Below, piece by piece: positions 27,957 to 36,936 of a stretch of 64,000 bases of DNA (position 1 is its first letter; each line of letters begins with the position of its first letter). This DNA comes from a candidate division FCPU426 bacterium (GTDB lineage: Bacteria; Oederibacteriota; JAAXVQ01; JAUVAV01): assembly GCA_040756875.1 (NCBI GenBank), contig JBFLYH010000003.1, forward strand, positions 160,001 to 224,000, in the 5' to 3' direction. The notes beneath the pieces were generated by a model. That model had not been told where the DNA came from, made no database searches, and saw only the letters and a list, made by a program, of their open reading frames with translations. The position numbers were made by a program, and so were the translations under genes.

Positions 27957-28658
27957 TCAGATATTGTCTTTTTTTCTGTTACATTTTCCCTGCGCCCATC
28001 TTTCCCCCACCCACGGATACTCCTCCCGCCGCCGCGCGAAGGCGCGTCGCAGGGCAGGGGTCACGAAGGTTTCCCGCAGCCAAGCCTGCCAGCCATACCT
28101 GCGCTTTTGCTCCACGGCCCGCACCAGCGTGCGGGCAAGCCTGCCGGCGCGCGCATACACTTTCTTTTCCTGCTCAAACCCTTTTTTGTCGCGATGCTTG
28201 GAAATCCCCCAGGCCGACCCCACGGAGCTTCCGCCGCACAGCCAGATTGCCTGGCCCAGGCGCCGCGCGATGCTCCGGGTGCCGAACCAGTGCCCGGCCA
28301 CGCACAGCCCCGCGCCGTACTTGCCGGCCAGGGCCTGGCGGTAATAAAGGAAGGCGTGGCTGCGGTCCATGACCGCTTTGATTTGCGCGGAAACGTCGAA
28401 AGCGTAATTGGGGGTGGCCAGGACCAGGGCGTCGGCCGCGAGGATTTTGGGAAGCAGGGGGAGGTAATCATCCGGCACCGGGCAAGTGCCCTGGCGCATG
28501 CACTGTTCGCAGGCCCGGCAGAACTCCACCCAGCGATCCGCGGCGGTGAAAAGTTCGGTTTCCGCGCCCAGGCGGCGGCATTCCGCGAGAAAGAATTCCA
28601 GCAGGCGGCGGGTGTTGCCTTGCGGCCGGGGCGAGGCGCACAGACCGATGATCTTCAT
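27957..28658 (-). CDS. Iron-sulfur flavoprotein / NADPH-dependent FMN reductase family
   Basis: ASPRPQGNT, CRACEQC-x5-C, LATPNY, KAVMDR; start moved to MKIIG. Confidence 0.88.
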   Translation of the reverse strand: MKIIGLCASPRPQGNTRRLLEFFLAECRRLGAETELFTAADRWVEFCRACEQCMRQGTCPVPDDYLPLLPKILAADALVLATPNYAFDVSAQIKAVMDRSHAFLYYRQALAGKYGAGLCVAGHWFGTRSIARRLGQAIWLCGGSSVGSAWGISKHRDKKGFEQEKKVYARAGRLARTLVRAVEQKRRYGWQAWLRETFVTPALRRAFARRREEYPWVGERWAQGKCNRKKDNI

Positions 28659-28709
28659 GGCAATCGTCACCTCGCCCGGTTGGACTTTTCGTGGCATCAA
28701 TTGATTGAA

Positions 28710-28837
28710 TTCCCCTCCCCGAGATTAATGGCGGGAGGGGATGAAGGGGAGGGGGTGTCTAGCCTGTGACATCCGGAATAAAATCAGATTGAGGGACCCC
28801 TCACCCTCTCCCTCTCCCCGCTTGCGCGGGGCGAGGA
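28710..28837. repeat. CCCCTCCC/CCCTCACC-type REP-like inverted pair
   Basis: TCCCCTCCCC...GGGAGGGG..GGGGAGGGGGTG and CCCTCACCCTCTCCCTCTCCCCGC..GCGGGGCGAGG. Confidence 0.6.
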
Positions 28838-28883
28838 GAAAATAGTATTGGGGTAACCGCGGGATGCGCGGTCATTTCGCTGT

Positions 28884-31271
28884 TCACGCCAGCGGCGATT
28901 CCTCGTGCGCGGCCACCGGCATTTCGTACACCCGGTAGGTTTTGATGCGGCGGCCGCCGTTCTCCGCAATCTCCTGGTTGAGCTGCTGGTTGTCCTCCGG
29001 GACCCACGACAGCTCCCCGTGGGAATAGCCCAGGTGCTTGGCCGCACGGAACGACTCGAAATACAGCAGGGTTTCCAGCCCCCGGCGGCGGAATTCCTTT
29101 TTCACCGCCAGCAGGGCGAAGCGGATGGACTTGATCTTGCGGGAATAAAGGTAGAAGCTCAGCATGTCCGTGATCCCGACCTTGCCGTTGAAGCGCTTGA
29201 GCACCTCGCTGTAATTGGGCAGCAGCAGGGAGAACGCCACGGGCTTGCCCTGGACCTCCACGAAATGGACCAGGTCCGGCTCGATCAGGGGCTTGAGCTT
29301 GGTGCTGAGGTATTTCAGGTCCCCGGTGCCGAGGGAGGTGTAGCCCAGGGCCTCGGCGCCCACGTCGGTCAAAATGTCCATCAAGGCCTGCATCTCGCTG
29401 CGGAAGCGGCTCTTGCGGAAGCGGCGGGTGGTGACGCCCTCTTTTTGGCGCGTGCGCTCGGCCAGGCTGACCAGCCGGTCGGACAAGGAGCTGCGCGCCT
29501 CCAGTTGGAAGGCATAGAGGTCCTTGGCTTTGGCCAGGCCGAATCGCTCGAAAAACCCGGCGTAATAACCGGGATTGTAGGGCATCATGATCGCCGGCGG
29601 ATAATCGAAGCCTTCCACCTGGCAGCCCAGCCCGTCCAGGGGCGAAAACGCCATGGGGCCGCGCATAAGGGTCAGGCCCTTGTCCGCGAGCCAGGCGCGG
29701 GCCGCTCCCAGCAGCGCGGCCGCGGCGCCGTAGTCCTCGTCCACCTCGAAGTAGCCGAAGAAGCCGGTTTTTTCGTTGCGCTCGGTGTTGGCGCGATGGT
29801 CCACGGCCGCCACGATGCGGCCCACCACGTCGCTGCCCCGCCGGGCCAGGAACGCCTGGGCCTCGCCGTGGCGGTAGAAGGCGTTCTTGTCGCGCCGGAA
29901 CAGGATCTCCACCTCGGAAAGCAGGGGCGGAACCCACTGCTTGTCGCGGTGATAGATGGTCCACGGCACCTTGAGGAACTGCTTTTGGGGCGAGGCGTCC
30001 TTCTCGCGGCTCATGAGCGCCTTGGCCCGCGAAGGCACGCGCATGGGCACGCTCACGACCTCGACCGGCGCTCCGGGCGCGTTGGGGCCGATAATGCCGA
30101 GCTCCGTGCCCACGAGCTGGAGTTTTTCCAGGGCGAAGTCCAGCTCCTCGCGCTTGTGGGTGGCGGTGTACGAGGTGCGCACGCAGGCCAGGCCCGGCGG
30201 CACGGCCGGCGAGACCACGGGGTTCACGTACACGCCCTCCTGCTCCAGGCGCTTGGCGAACTGGAAGGTCTTCAAATCGTCGCCGATGATGATGGGGATA
30301 ATGGCCGACTCCGTGGGCCAGGTGCGGAAGCCCAGGGCCTTGACGCGCTCCAGCATGTAGGCCACGTTTTCCCGCAGCTTCACCAGGCGCTCGGGCTCCC
30401 GTTCGAGGATGTTCAGGGCCGCCAGGGTCGCGGCCACGGCGGCCGGGGGCGGCGCGGCCTGGAAAATGAAGGCGCGCGAGTTGTGCTTGAGGAACGAAAT
30501 GACCTTGGCCTCGCCGGCGATGAAGCCGCCCAGGCTGGCGAAGGACTTGGAAAACGTGGCCATGACCAGGTCCACGTCGTCGAGCACGCCCAGTTCCTCG
30601 CAGGTGCCGCGGCCGCGCTTGCCGAGCACGCCGATGCCGTGCGCCTCGTCCACCATCAGGCGGGCGCCGTATTTCTTGGCCAGGGGCACGATGCGCTTGA
30701 GGTCCGCCAGGTCGCCTTCCATGGAAAACACGCCGTCCACCACGATCAGCTTGCCCACGTCCTTGCCTTCCAGGTTCTGCAGGATGCGCTCCAGGTCTTC
30801 CATATCGTTGTGGCGGAACTTCAGCAGCTTCCCGTAGGCCAGCCGGCAGCCGTCCAGGATCGAGGCGTGGTTGGTGCGGTCCGAGATCACCACGTCGCCG
30901 CGCGACACCAGGGTGGAGATGACCCCCTGGTTGGTGGTGAAGCCCGTGGTGAAGACCAGAGCCGCCTCTTTCTGCATGAACTTGGCCAGGCGCTCCTCGA
31001 GCTCCACGTGCAGGTCGATGGTGCCGTTTAAAAAGCGCGAGCCCGTGCAGCCGGTGCCGTATTTTTCCACGGCCGCGACAGCCGCGGCCTTGACCTCGGG
31101 ATGCGTGGTCAGGCCCAGGTAATTGTTCGAACCGATCATGACGGTCTTCTTGCCGTTCATGATGGAGGTGGTGTCCACGGCGGCCTGATTCATCCGGAAA
31201 TACGGATATAAGCCCAGGGCCATGACTTTTTCAGCGTCCTGGTAATCGTAGGCTTTCTTAAAAAGATCCAT
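28884..31271 (-). CDS. spt: Serine palmitoyltransferase (PLP alpha-oxoamine synthase) fused to a bacterial ceramide synthase-like GNAT domain
   Basis: N-terminal about 400 aa: GLYPYFR, GSNNYLGL, GSRFLNGT, NHASI, DGVFSMEGD, DEAHG, TFSKSF. C-terminal about 370 aa: PWTIY..DKQWVPPL, VGRIVA, GFFGYFE, RGPM, VEGFDYPP..MPYNPGYY, ELSWVPEDN, KTYRVY. Confidence 0.85.
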   Translation of the reverse strand: MDLFKKAYDYQDAEKVMALGLYPYFRMNQAAVDTTSIMNGKKTVMIGSNNYLGLTTHPEVKAAAVAAVEKYGTGCTGSRFLNGTIDLHVELEERLAKFMQKEAALVFTTGFTTNQGVISTLVSRGDVVISDRTNHASILDGCRLAYGKLLKFRHNDMEDLERILQNLEGKDVGKLIVVDGVFSMEGDLADLKRIVPLAKKYGARLMVDEAHGIGVLGKRGRGTCEELGVLDDVDLVMATFSKSFASLGGFIAGEAKVISFLKHNSRAFIFQAAPPPAAVAATLAALNILEREPERLVKLRENVAYMLERVKALGFRTWPTESAIIPIIIGDDLKTFQFAKRLEQEGVYVNPVVSPAVPPGLACVRTSYTATHKREELDFALEKLQLVGTELGIIGPNAPGAPVEVVSVPMRVPSRAKALMSREKDASPQKQFLKVPWTIYHRDKQWVPPLLSEVEILFRRDKNAFYRHGEAQAFLARRGSDVVGRIVAAVDHRANTERNEKTGFFGYFEVDEDYGAAAALLGAARAWLADKGLTLMRGPMAFSPLDGLGCQVEGFDYPPAIMMPYNPGYYAGFFERFGLAKAKDLYAFQLEARSSLSDRLVSLAERTRQKEGVTTRRFRKSRFRSEMQALMDILTDVGAEALGYTSLGTGDLKYLSTKLKPLIEPDLVHFVEVQGKPVAFSLLLPNYSEVLKRFNGKVGITDMLSFYLYSRKIKSIRFALLAVKKEFRRRGLETLLYFESFRAAKHLGYSHGELSWVPEDNQQLNQEIAENGGRRIKTYRVYEMPVAAHEESPLA

Positions 31272-31314
31272 TCCTAATCACCTCTGTCAACAGCAACATT
31301 CTCAAACGAGGGCG

Positions 31315-31343
31315 ATTGTAGAAGGTTCGCCCGGCCTTGTCAA
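31315..31343 (-). promoter_or_regulatory. Sigma70-type promoter of the spt fusion gene
   Basis: TTGACA-17 bp-TACAAT. Confidence 0.75.
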
Positions 31344-31410
31344 TCCCTTCGCAAAATATACATATAGGATTGCAGGATTGGTATGCGAAGAGAGGGAGCC
31401 CCCACCGGAT

Positions 31411-31452
31411 CTATATGTACTTTCGGCGCCGGGGGATTTCCTGCGGTCGCCC
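31411..31452 (-). repeat. GCGACCG-AGGAAGTCCC family repeat
   Basis: Reverse complement GGCGACCGCAGGAAATCCCCCGGCGCCGAAAGTACATATAG resembles 54288-54334 and 39965-40015. Confidence 0.6.
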
Positions 31453-31478
31453 AGATCATCGGTCCCATTTAGGGAACT

Positions 31479-32231
31479 TTAGGCCGGGGGAGCGCTCCGC
31501 TGCCCTTGCCCCGGCTGGCCCTCTGGCCGCGGTTCCTGCTCCAGGAAATTTTCGATCTGCCGCTCTTCTTCCTGCATGTGCCGCTGCTCGAATTCTTTTT
31601 GCGTAAAGCAGTTTTTCTCGAGCATGAGCTGGGTCAGGGCAATGATCCGGTTGTCCAGGTGGCGCACCACGTCCAGCACCGGGTCAGGCAGCTGGTTGTG
31701 GTCCAGGGGCGAAGGCGGCCGCTCGCCCGAGGGCAGGCGCACGACCTTGCCGGGATTTCCGACCACCGTGCAGCCGGCCGGCACGTCGCGCACCACCACG
31801 GCCATGGCGCCGATCTTGGCGCCCCGGCCGACGGTCAGCGCGCCGAGCACCTTGGCCCCCACGCCGATGACCACGTCCGGCTCGATGGTGGGATGGCGCT
31901 TGACCTTTTGCAGGGAGGTGCCGCCCAGGGTCACGCCCTGGTAGAGGAGCACGTTGTCCCCCACCTCGGCCGTCTCGCCGATGACCACGCCCTGGCCGTG
32001 GTCGATGAACACGCCGCGGCCGAGCCTGGCCCCGGGATGGATCTCGATCCCGGTCAGGAAGCGCGAAACGTGCGACACCAGACGGCCCAGGGTCTTGAGT
32101 TTGAGGCGCCAGAGCGCGTGCGCCAGCCGGTGCAGCCACAGGGCGTGCAGCCCCGGATAGCACAGCAGCACCTCGATGATGTTCCGTGCCGCCGGGTCCT
32201 TGGCGAAAACCGCTTTTACGTTGTCGAACAT
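31479..32231 (-). CDS. cysE: Serine O-acetyltransferase
   Basis: [48 protein letters not shown]. Confidence 0.95.
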   Translation of the reverse strand: MFDNVKAVFAKDPAARNIIEVLLCYPGLHALWLHRLAHALWRLKLKTLGRLVSHVSRFLTGIEIHPGARLGRGVFIDHGQGVVIGETAEVGDNVLLYQGVTLGGTSLQKVKRHPTIEPDVVIGVGAKVLGALTVGRGAKIGAMAVVVRDVPAGCTVVGNPGKVVRLPSGERPPSPLDHNQLPDPVLDVVRHLDNRIIALTQLMLEKNCFTQKEFEQRHMQEEERQIENFLEQEPRPEGQPGQGQRSAPPA

Positions 32232-32251
32232 GATCCACCTCCACGATCCTC

Positions 32252-32279
32252 GTGGGGGCGTTCAATTGAACGCCCCTAC
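32252..32279. repeat. GTAG-family REP palindrome
   Basis: GTGGGGGCGTTCAATTGAACGCCCCTAC, one mismatch to the perfect copy at 54228. Confidence 0.75.
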
Positions 32280-32320
32280 AATCTTCACCGCAGGGACCTA
32301 CTCCTGGCGGTTGGAAAAAT

Positions 32321-33931
32321 TCATTCCTCCCCGATCACCACCACGTTGGTGGCCGTGGACACCACCTTCAGGGCGTCGGACCGCAGCCCCGGATTGACCG
32401 CGATCACGAGCTGGCGCTTGGCCTGCTGTGCGCGGTCCACCAGGTCCGCGGCCTGGGCCTGGCCCTGCCACTGGGCCGGCACTTCCAGCTTGAAGGACTT
32501 TTCGCCGGTCAGGCGCTCGGCGCGTTCGAGCAGGCGCAGCACCCGGATCCGGATCGAGTCCGGCGAGGACACCCAACCCAGGCCCTGGCAGTGCGGACAG
32601 GGGCTGCCCATGGAGCGGAGCAGGCTGCCGCGCACACGCTTGCGGGTCATTTCGATGAGCCCCAGGTCGGTCAGTTTGCGCACGCTGGTCTTGGCCCGGT
32701 CGCGGCGCACGGCCTTGAGCAGCTCCTGGTACACCCGCTCCTTGTGTTCGGGCAGGCGCATGTCGATGAAATCCAGCACGATGATGCCGCCCAGGTCGCG
32801 CAGGCGCAGCTGCCGCCCGATTTCCTGCGCGGCCTCGAGGTTGGTCCGCAGGATGGTCTCGTCCTGGCGCTGCCGGCCCACGTTGCGGCCGGTGTTCACG
32901 TCCACCACCACCAGGGCCTCGGTTTCCTCGATCACCAGGTAGCCGCCGCATTTGAGCCAGACCTTGGGGCGCAGGGCCTTCTCGACCTCGGCGTCCAGGT
33001 TCAGGGCCTCGAACAGCGGCAGCTTGCCGCGGTAGAGGTCCACCTTGGGCTTGAGCGAGGTGAGGAAGCTTCCCAGCCACTTCTTGACATCCTTGCCGTG
33101 GCGCAGGGAGTCGATCACGATCTTTTTGTCCTCGTCGGTCAGGAGGTCCCTGATCACGCGGTGCAGCAGCCCCTGCTCGCTGTGCAGGGCCGCGGGCGCG
33201 GTCACGCGCTTTTCCTGGGTCTTGATCTGCTTCCACAGCTTGAGCAGGAACTGGACCTCGGCCGCCAGCTCCTTTTCCGTGGCGTTCTCGGCCGAGGTGC
33301 GCGCGATCACGCCGAACCCCTTGGGCGTGATGCGGTCGAGGATTTTTTTCAGCCGGCTGCGGGTCGCCTCCTGGGTGAGCCGGTGCGAGACCCCGGAATG
33401 CTGCGCGCCCGGAATGAGCACCAGCATGCGCGACGGCATGGACAGCTGGGCCGTGAGCCGCGGCCCCTTGGTGGAGATGGATTCCTTTTCCACCTGCACC
33501 AGGATTTCCTGGCCCTTGGTCAGCAGTTCCTGGATCGGGCGGCGGCCGCCGCGGCCGCCTTCGTTGCGCTCCGGCTCCTCGTCGCCCAGGGCGTCCTCCT
33601 GCTTGCGCGCCTGCTTGGCGTCCATGTAGTCCTCGATGGTGAACGAATCGGTCACCACGTCCCGGGCGTGGAGGAACCCGGCTTTCTCCAGGCCGATGTC
33701 CACGAACGCGGCCTGCAAACCCGGCAGCACGGCGTTGACCCGGCCCTTGTAAATGTTGCCCACGATCGAGGCTTCGGCCTGGCGCTCGAAATAGTATTCG
33801 GCCAGCCGTCCTTCCTCCAAAAATGCGACGCGGGTTTCGAAATCATCCTGGGAGATGATCATCTCCCGTTCCTGCTTTAAATACGGCGTAAGCACCGGCC
33901 TTTCCCGCCGGTGGCGTTTTCTATTACGCAT
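32321..33931 (-). CDS. rng: Ribonuclease G/E family
   Basis: GNIYKGRV..VLPGLQAAFVDIG, KGPRLT, VDVNTG, RLRDLGGIIVLDFIDM, CPHCQG. Confidence 0.93.
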   Translation of the reverse strand: MRNRKRHRRERPVLTPYLKQEREMIISQDDFETRVAFLEEGRLAEYYFERQAEASIVGNIYKGRVNAVLPGLQAAFVDIGLEKAGFLHARDVVTDSFTIEDYMDAKQARKQEDALGDEEPERNEGGRGGRRPIQELLTKGQEILVQVEKESISTKGPRLTAQLSMPSRMLVLIPGAQHSGVSHRLTQEATRSRLKKILDRITPKGFGVIARTSAENATEKELAAEVQFLLKLWKQIKTQEKRVTAPAALHSEQGLLHRVIRDLLTDEDKKIVIDSLRHGKDVKKWLGSFLTSLKPKVDLYRGKLPLFEALNLDAEVEKALRPKVWLKCGGYLVIEETEALVVVDVNTGRNVGRQRQDETILRTNLEAAQEIGRQLRLRDLGGIIVLDFIDMRLPEHKERVYQELLKAVRRDRAKTSVRKLTDLGLIEMTRKRVRGSLLRSMGSPCPHCQGLGWVSSPDSIRIRVLRLLERAERLTGEKSFKLEVPAQWQGQAQAADLVDRAQQAKRQLVIAVNPGLRSDALKVVSTATNVVVIGEE

Positions 33932-34112
33932 GGTAAAAACCTCTTTTCATTGTGTAATGATACGTTTTGGATTGTTTTGTCATTGCAAAGCAATCCTGTT
34001 CTGTTTCTTCATTTCAAATTGCTTCGGCCCCCTTCGGCAAGCTCAGGGTGCCTCTAAACGGCTTTCCTTCCTTACATATATTATGAGTTAACGAATCTCC
34101 TCCTGTTTCCTT

Positions 34113-36701
34113 TCACGGAATCGTAATTTTCCCCTGGCTGATGCGGCCCGAGGCGGTCCGGGTCACCAGCACTTCCCAGGGTTCGGCCCCGGGTTCGCAC
34201 AAATACTGGACCAGGGTCGAGACTTTGGCCGCGTGCGGCGCCTCCGTGGAATGGAGCAGGCGGAGGTCCGCCGTTTCCGCTTCCGAGGGCTGCAGGGCCA
34301 GTTCCCGCACCGAGGTCTTGAGGTCCACGTCCACGGTGCCGCGTTTGGACCACTGGGGCCGCAGCAGCTGGTCCGCGGCCTGCAAGGCCCGGATCCGCTC
34401 CGCGAGCAGCTCCTGCAGGCCCTGGCGCCCGGGGAACTTCAGGAGGTATTCGCCGGCCTGGATCTGCTCGCTCAGGGCCGGGGTGCTGAGCGGGATTTCG
34501 CGGCAGGCCTCCACCTGCAGCCCGCCCGGCAGCTTGGCATTCAAAGCCGGAGCCATCTCCCGCGGGTCCCGCCATTGGTCCAGCCCGATGTCCAGCCATT
34601 CGGCCAGGCCCGTATAGCCGAGGGACAAGGGCGGCCCAAAAGCGAGAGCCGGCTGCGGATGGAACCCCACGGAATAATGCAGGGGCAATCCGGCGCGGCG
34701 CGCGGCCCGGCGGAACAAATTGACCAGGTCCAGATGGCCGACGAACCGCAGGTCGCCGGTCTTGCGGTAGCGCAGGCGCAGGCGCACGGTTTCTCGCTCC
34801 GGCCGGCTGGGCGCGGCCGCAGGGGCCGGAGAAGTCATTCCGCCGGGCGCCGCCGGCAGCGGGCACGCGCCGGGCTCGCCGGCGCCGCATTGCCGGCAGG
34901 GGCCGTCCAGCCGGCAGTCCGGGGTGGTCTCCCCGGCCAGGGCCCGCCGGCGCTCGTCCTCCAAAAAGGCGCGCGTCACGCCCGTGTCCAGATGGTCCCA
35001 CGGCAGCGGGGCGTCCACGGGCCTGGCGGCCAGGGCGTAGCGGTCCGGATCAACGCCCGTTTCCCGGAACGCCTGTTCCCACAGTTCGAAGCGGAACTGG
35101 TCGCCCCAGCTGTCAAAGCGCGCGCCCAGCTCCCAGGCGCGCTTCACCGCGGGCCAGAGCCGGCGGTCGCCCCGCGCCAGCACGGCCTCCAGGTAGCTGT
35201 GGTCCAATTCTTCCTTGAGCCGGCGGTCATGGGGCAGGCCCACGGACCGCGGCAGGCTGCGCGCCAGCAGTTGCCACCGCCGCTGCGCCTCGGCGCGCGG
35301 AAGCTGGGGCTCCCACTGAAACGGCGTGTGCGGCTTGGGCACGAACAGAGTCAGCCCCAGGTTGAAGCGCGGCGCCCGGCGCGACGTGGCGCCGGCGCGG
35401 CCGGCGTCGAGCAGGCGCCGCACCAGCCGGCCGATGGCCGCCACGTCCTCCTCGGTTTCGGTCGGCAGGCCGAGCATGAAATACAGCTTCACCAGGTCCC
35501 AGCCTTCGGCGAACACCGAGCCCAGGTTGCGGAGGAGCTGCTCCTCGTCGAGCGGTTTGTTGATCACCCGCCGCAGCCGGTCGCTGCCCGCCTCGGGCGC
35601 GAACGTCAGGCCGGTCCGGCGCACCACGCGGACGATCTCCGCGAGCTCTCGCTGGAAGGAATCAAGGCGCAGCGACGGCAGCGAGAGCGCCACCCGCTCC
35701 GCGGCCAGGGGCGGCAGCAGGCACCGGAGCAGCGGCACCACCTGGGTGTAATCGCCCGAGGACAGGGCGGTGAACGACACTTCCTCGTAGCCCGTGGCGC
35801 GCACCATCTCCAGCAGCTGGCCGAACACTTCCTGCGGGTCGCGCTCGCGCACCGGCCGGTTGAGCATGCCTGCCTGGCAGAAGCGGCAGCCGCGCGCGCA
35901 GCCCCGGAAGAGCTCGGTTGAGAGCCGGTCGTGCGTCACGCCCAGGTACGGCACCAGGGGCGTCCGGGGCAGGGCCGGCGGCGCCTCGCTGCGGCGCCGG
36001 ACGACCGGCGGCGCGCCCGCCAGGGGCGCAATCCCCTGGAAGCCGCCGTCCGCGCCGTACTGCGGCTCGTACAGGGACGGCACGTAAACGCCCGGCAGCT
36101 TCGCCAGTTCCCGCAGGCGCTCCCCGCGCGGCCGGGACCGCAATTCGTGGTGGCGCAGGATCACTTCCAAAAAGGCCTGCTCCCCGTCCCCCAGGACCAG
36201 CAGGTCGAACACTTCGGCCAGGGGCTCGGGATTGGCCGCGCCCGGCCCGCCGCCCGCCACCAGCGGGTGTTCGTCCGTGCGCGCGCGGGCCGCAACCGGG
36301 ATCCCGCCCAGGTCCAGGAGGTTGAGCACGTTGGTGTACGAAAGCTCGTGCTGCAGGGTGACGCCCACCACGCCGAAGTCGGAAAGCGGCGTGCCGGTTT
36401 CGAGGGAGACCAGGGGCAGGCGCCGCTCGCGCAGAAGCTGCTCGGCGTCGGTCCAGGGCGAGAAGACGCGCTCGGCGTACACGCGCGGATGCCGGTTCAG
36501 GAGCTCGTACAGGATTTGGAACCCGAGGTAGGAGAAACCGATCTCGTACACGTCCGGGAACGCCAGGACCGCGCGGCAGTCAACCTGCCGCGGATCCTTG
36601 CGGATTTCGTTCCACTCCCCGCCGATGTACCGGGCCGGTTTCTGGACGCGCGGAAAAACATCCCGGCGCAGAATCTGGGACCATTCAGTCGTCTTGGACA
36701 A
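34113..36701 (-). CDS. TIGR03960-type radical SAM protein fused to a TIGR03936/DUF2344 domain
   Basis: VQKPARYIGGE, FPDVYEIG, RGCARGCRFCQAG, TFAPEAG, PKPHTPFQW; then RFVGHLDL...GFHPQP. Confidence 0.9.
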   Translation of the reverse strand: MSKTTEWSQILRRDVFPRVQKPARYIGGEWNEIRKDPRQVDCRAVLAFPDVYEIGFSYLGFQILYELLNRHPRVYAERVFSPWTDAEQLLRERRLPLVSLETGTPLSDFGVVGVTLQHELSYTNVLNLLDLGGIPVAARARTDEHPLVAGGGPGAANPEPLAEVFDLLVLGDGEQAFLEVILRHHELRSRPRGERLRELAKLPGVYVPSLYEPQYGADGGFQGIAPLAGAPPVVRRRSEAPPALPRTPLVPYLGVTHDRLSTELFRGCARGCRFCQAGMLNRPVRERDPQEVFGQLLEMVRATGYEEVSFTALSSGDYTQVVPLLRCLLPPLAAERVALSLPSLRLDSFQRELAEIVRVVRRTGLTFAPEAGSDRLRRVINKPLDEEQLLRNLGSVFAEGWDLVKLYFMLGLPTETEEDVAAIGRLVRRLLDAGRAGATSRRAPRFNLGLTLFVPKPHTPFQWEPQLPRAEAQRRWQLLARSLPRSVGLPHDRRLKEELDHSYLEAVLARGDRRLWPAVKRAWELGARFDSWGDQFRFELWEQAFRETGVDPDRYALAARPVDAPLPWDHLDTGVTRAFLEDERRRALAGETTPDCRLDGPCRQCGAGEPGACPLPAAPGGMTSPAPAAAPSRPERETVRLRLRYRKTGDLRFVGHLDLVNLFRRAARRAGLPLHYSVGFHPQPALAFGPPLSLGYTGLAEWLDIGLDQWRDPREMAPALNAKLPGGLQVEACREIPLSTPALSEQIQAGEYLLKFPGRQGLQELLAERIRALQAADQLLRPQWSKRGTVDVDLKTSVRELALQPSEAETADLRLLHSTEAPHAAKVSTLVQYLCEPGAEPWEVLVTRTASGRISQGKITIP

Positions 36702-36936
36702 GTAACGAACCTGCTTTAATTTATTGGGCCGCGTCCCGCCATCGGGGGCCTGCGGCCGTATCTGTGAAGCCCCGCGCCGCGCCGCGGCCGGGGCAATCGG
36801 TGACGGTCAATAGGTGCACATTATAGAGCTAAACCCAGAAAAATACCTGAAATATTTTAGGTTTCCACAACTGCCATCTTAAACACCCTTTAAATTCGTC
36901 AGCCGCGGCGCGAAAGAGACTCCATGTTCTTGACCG

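Noticed and set aside
28884-31271. Annotation as BioF or 2-amino-3-ketobutyrate CoA ligase
   Set aside because: LYPYF, GSRFLNGT and TFSKS motifs and fusion to a bCerS-like domain favour Spt; no bio or tdh genes nearby. A tree is still needed.
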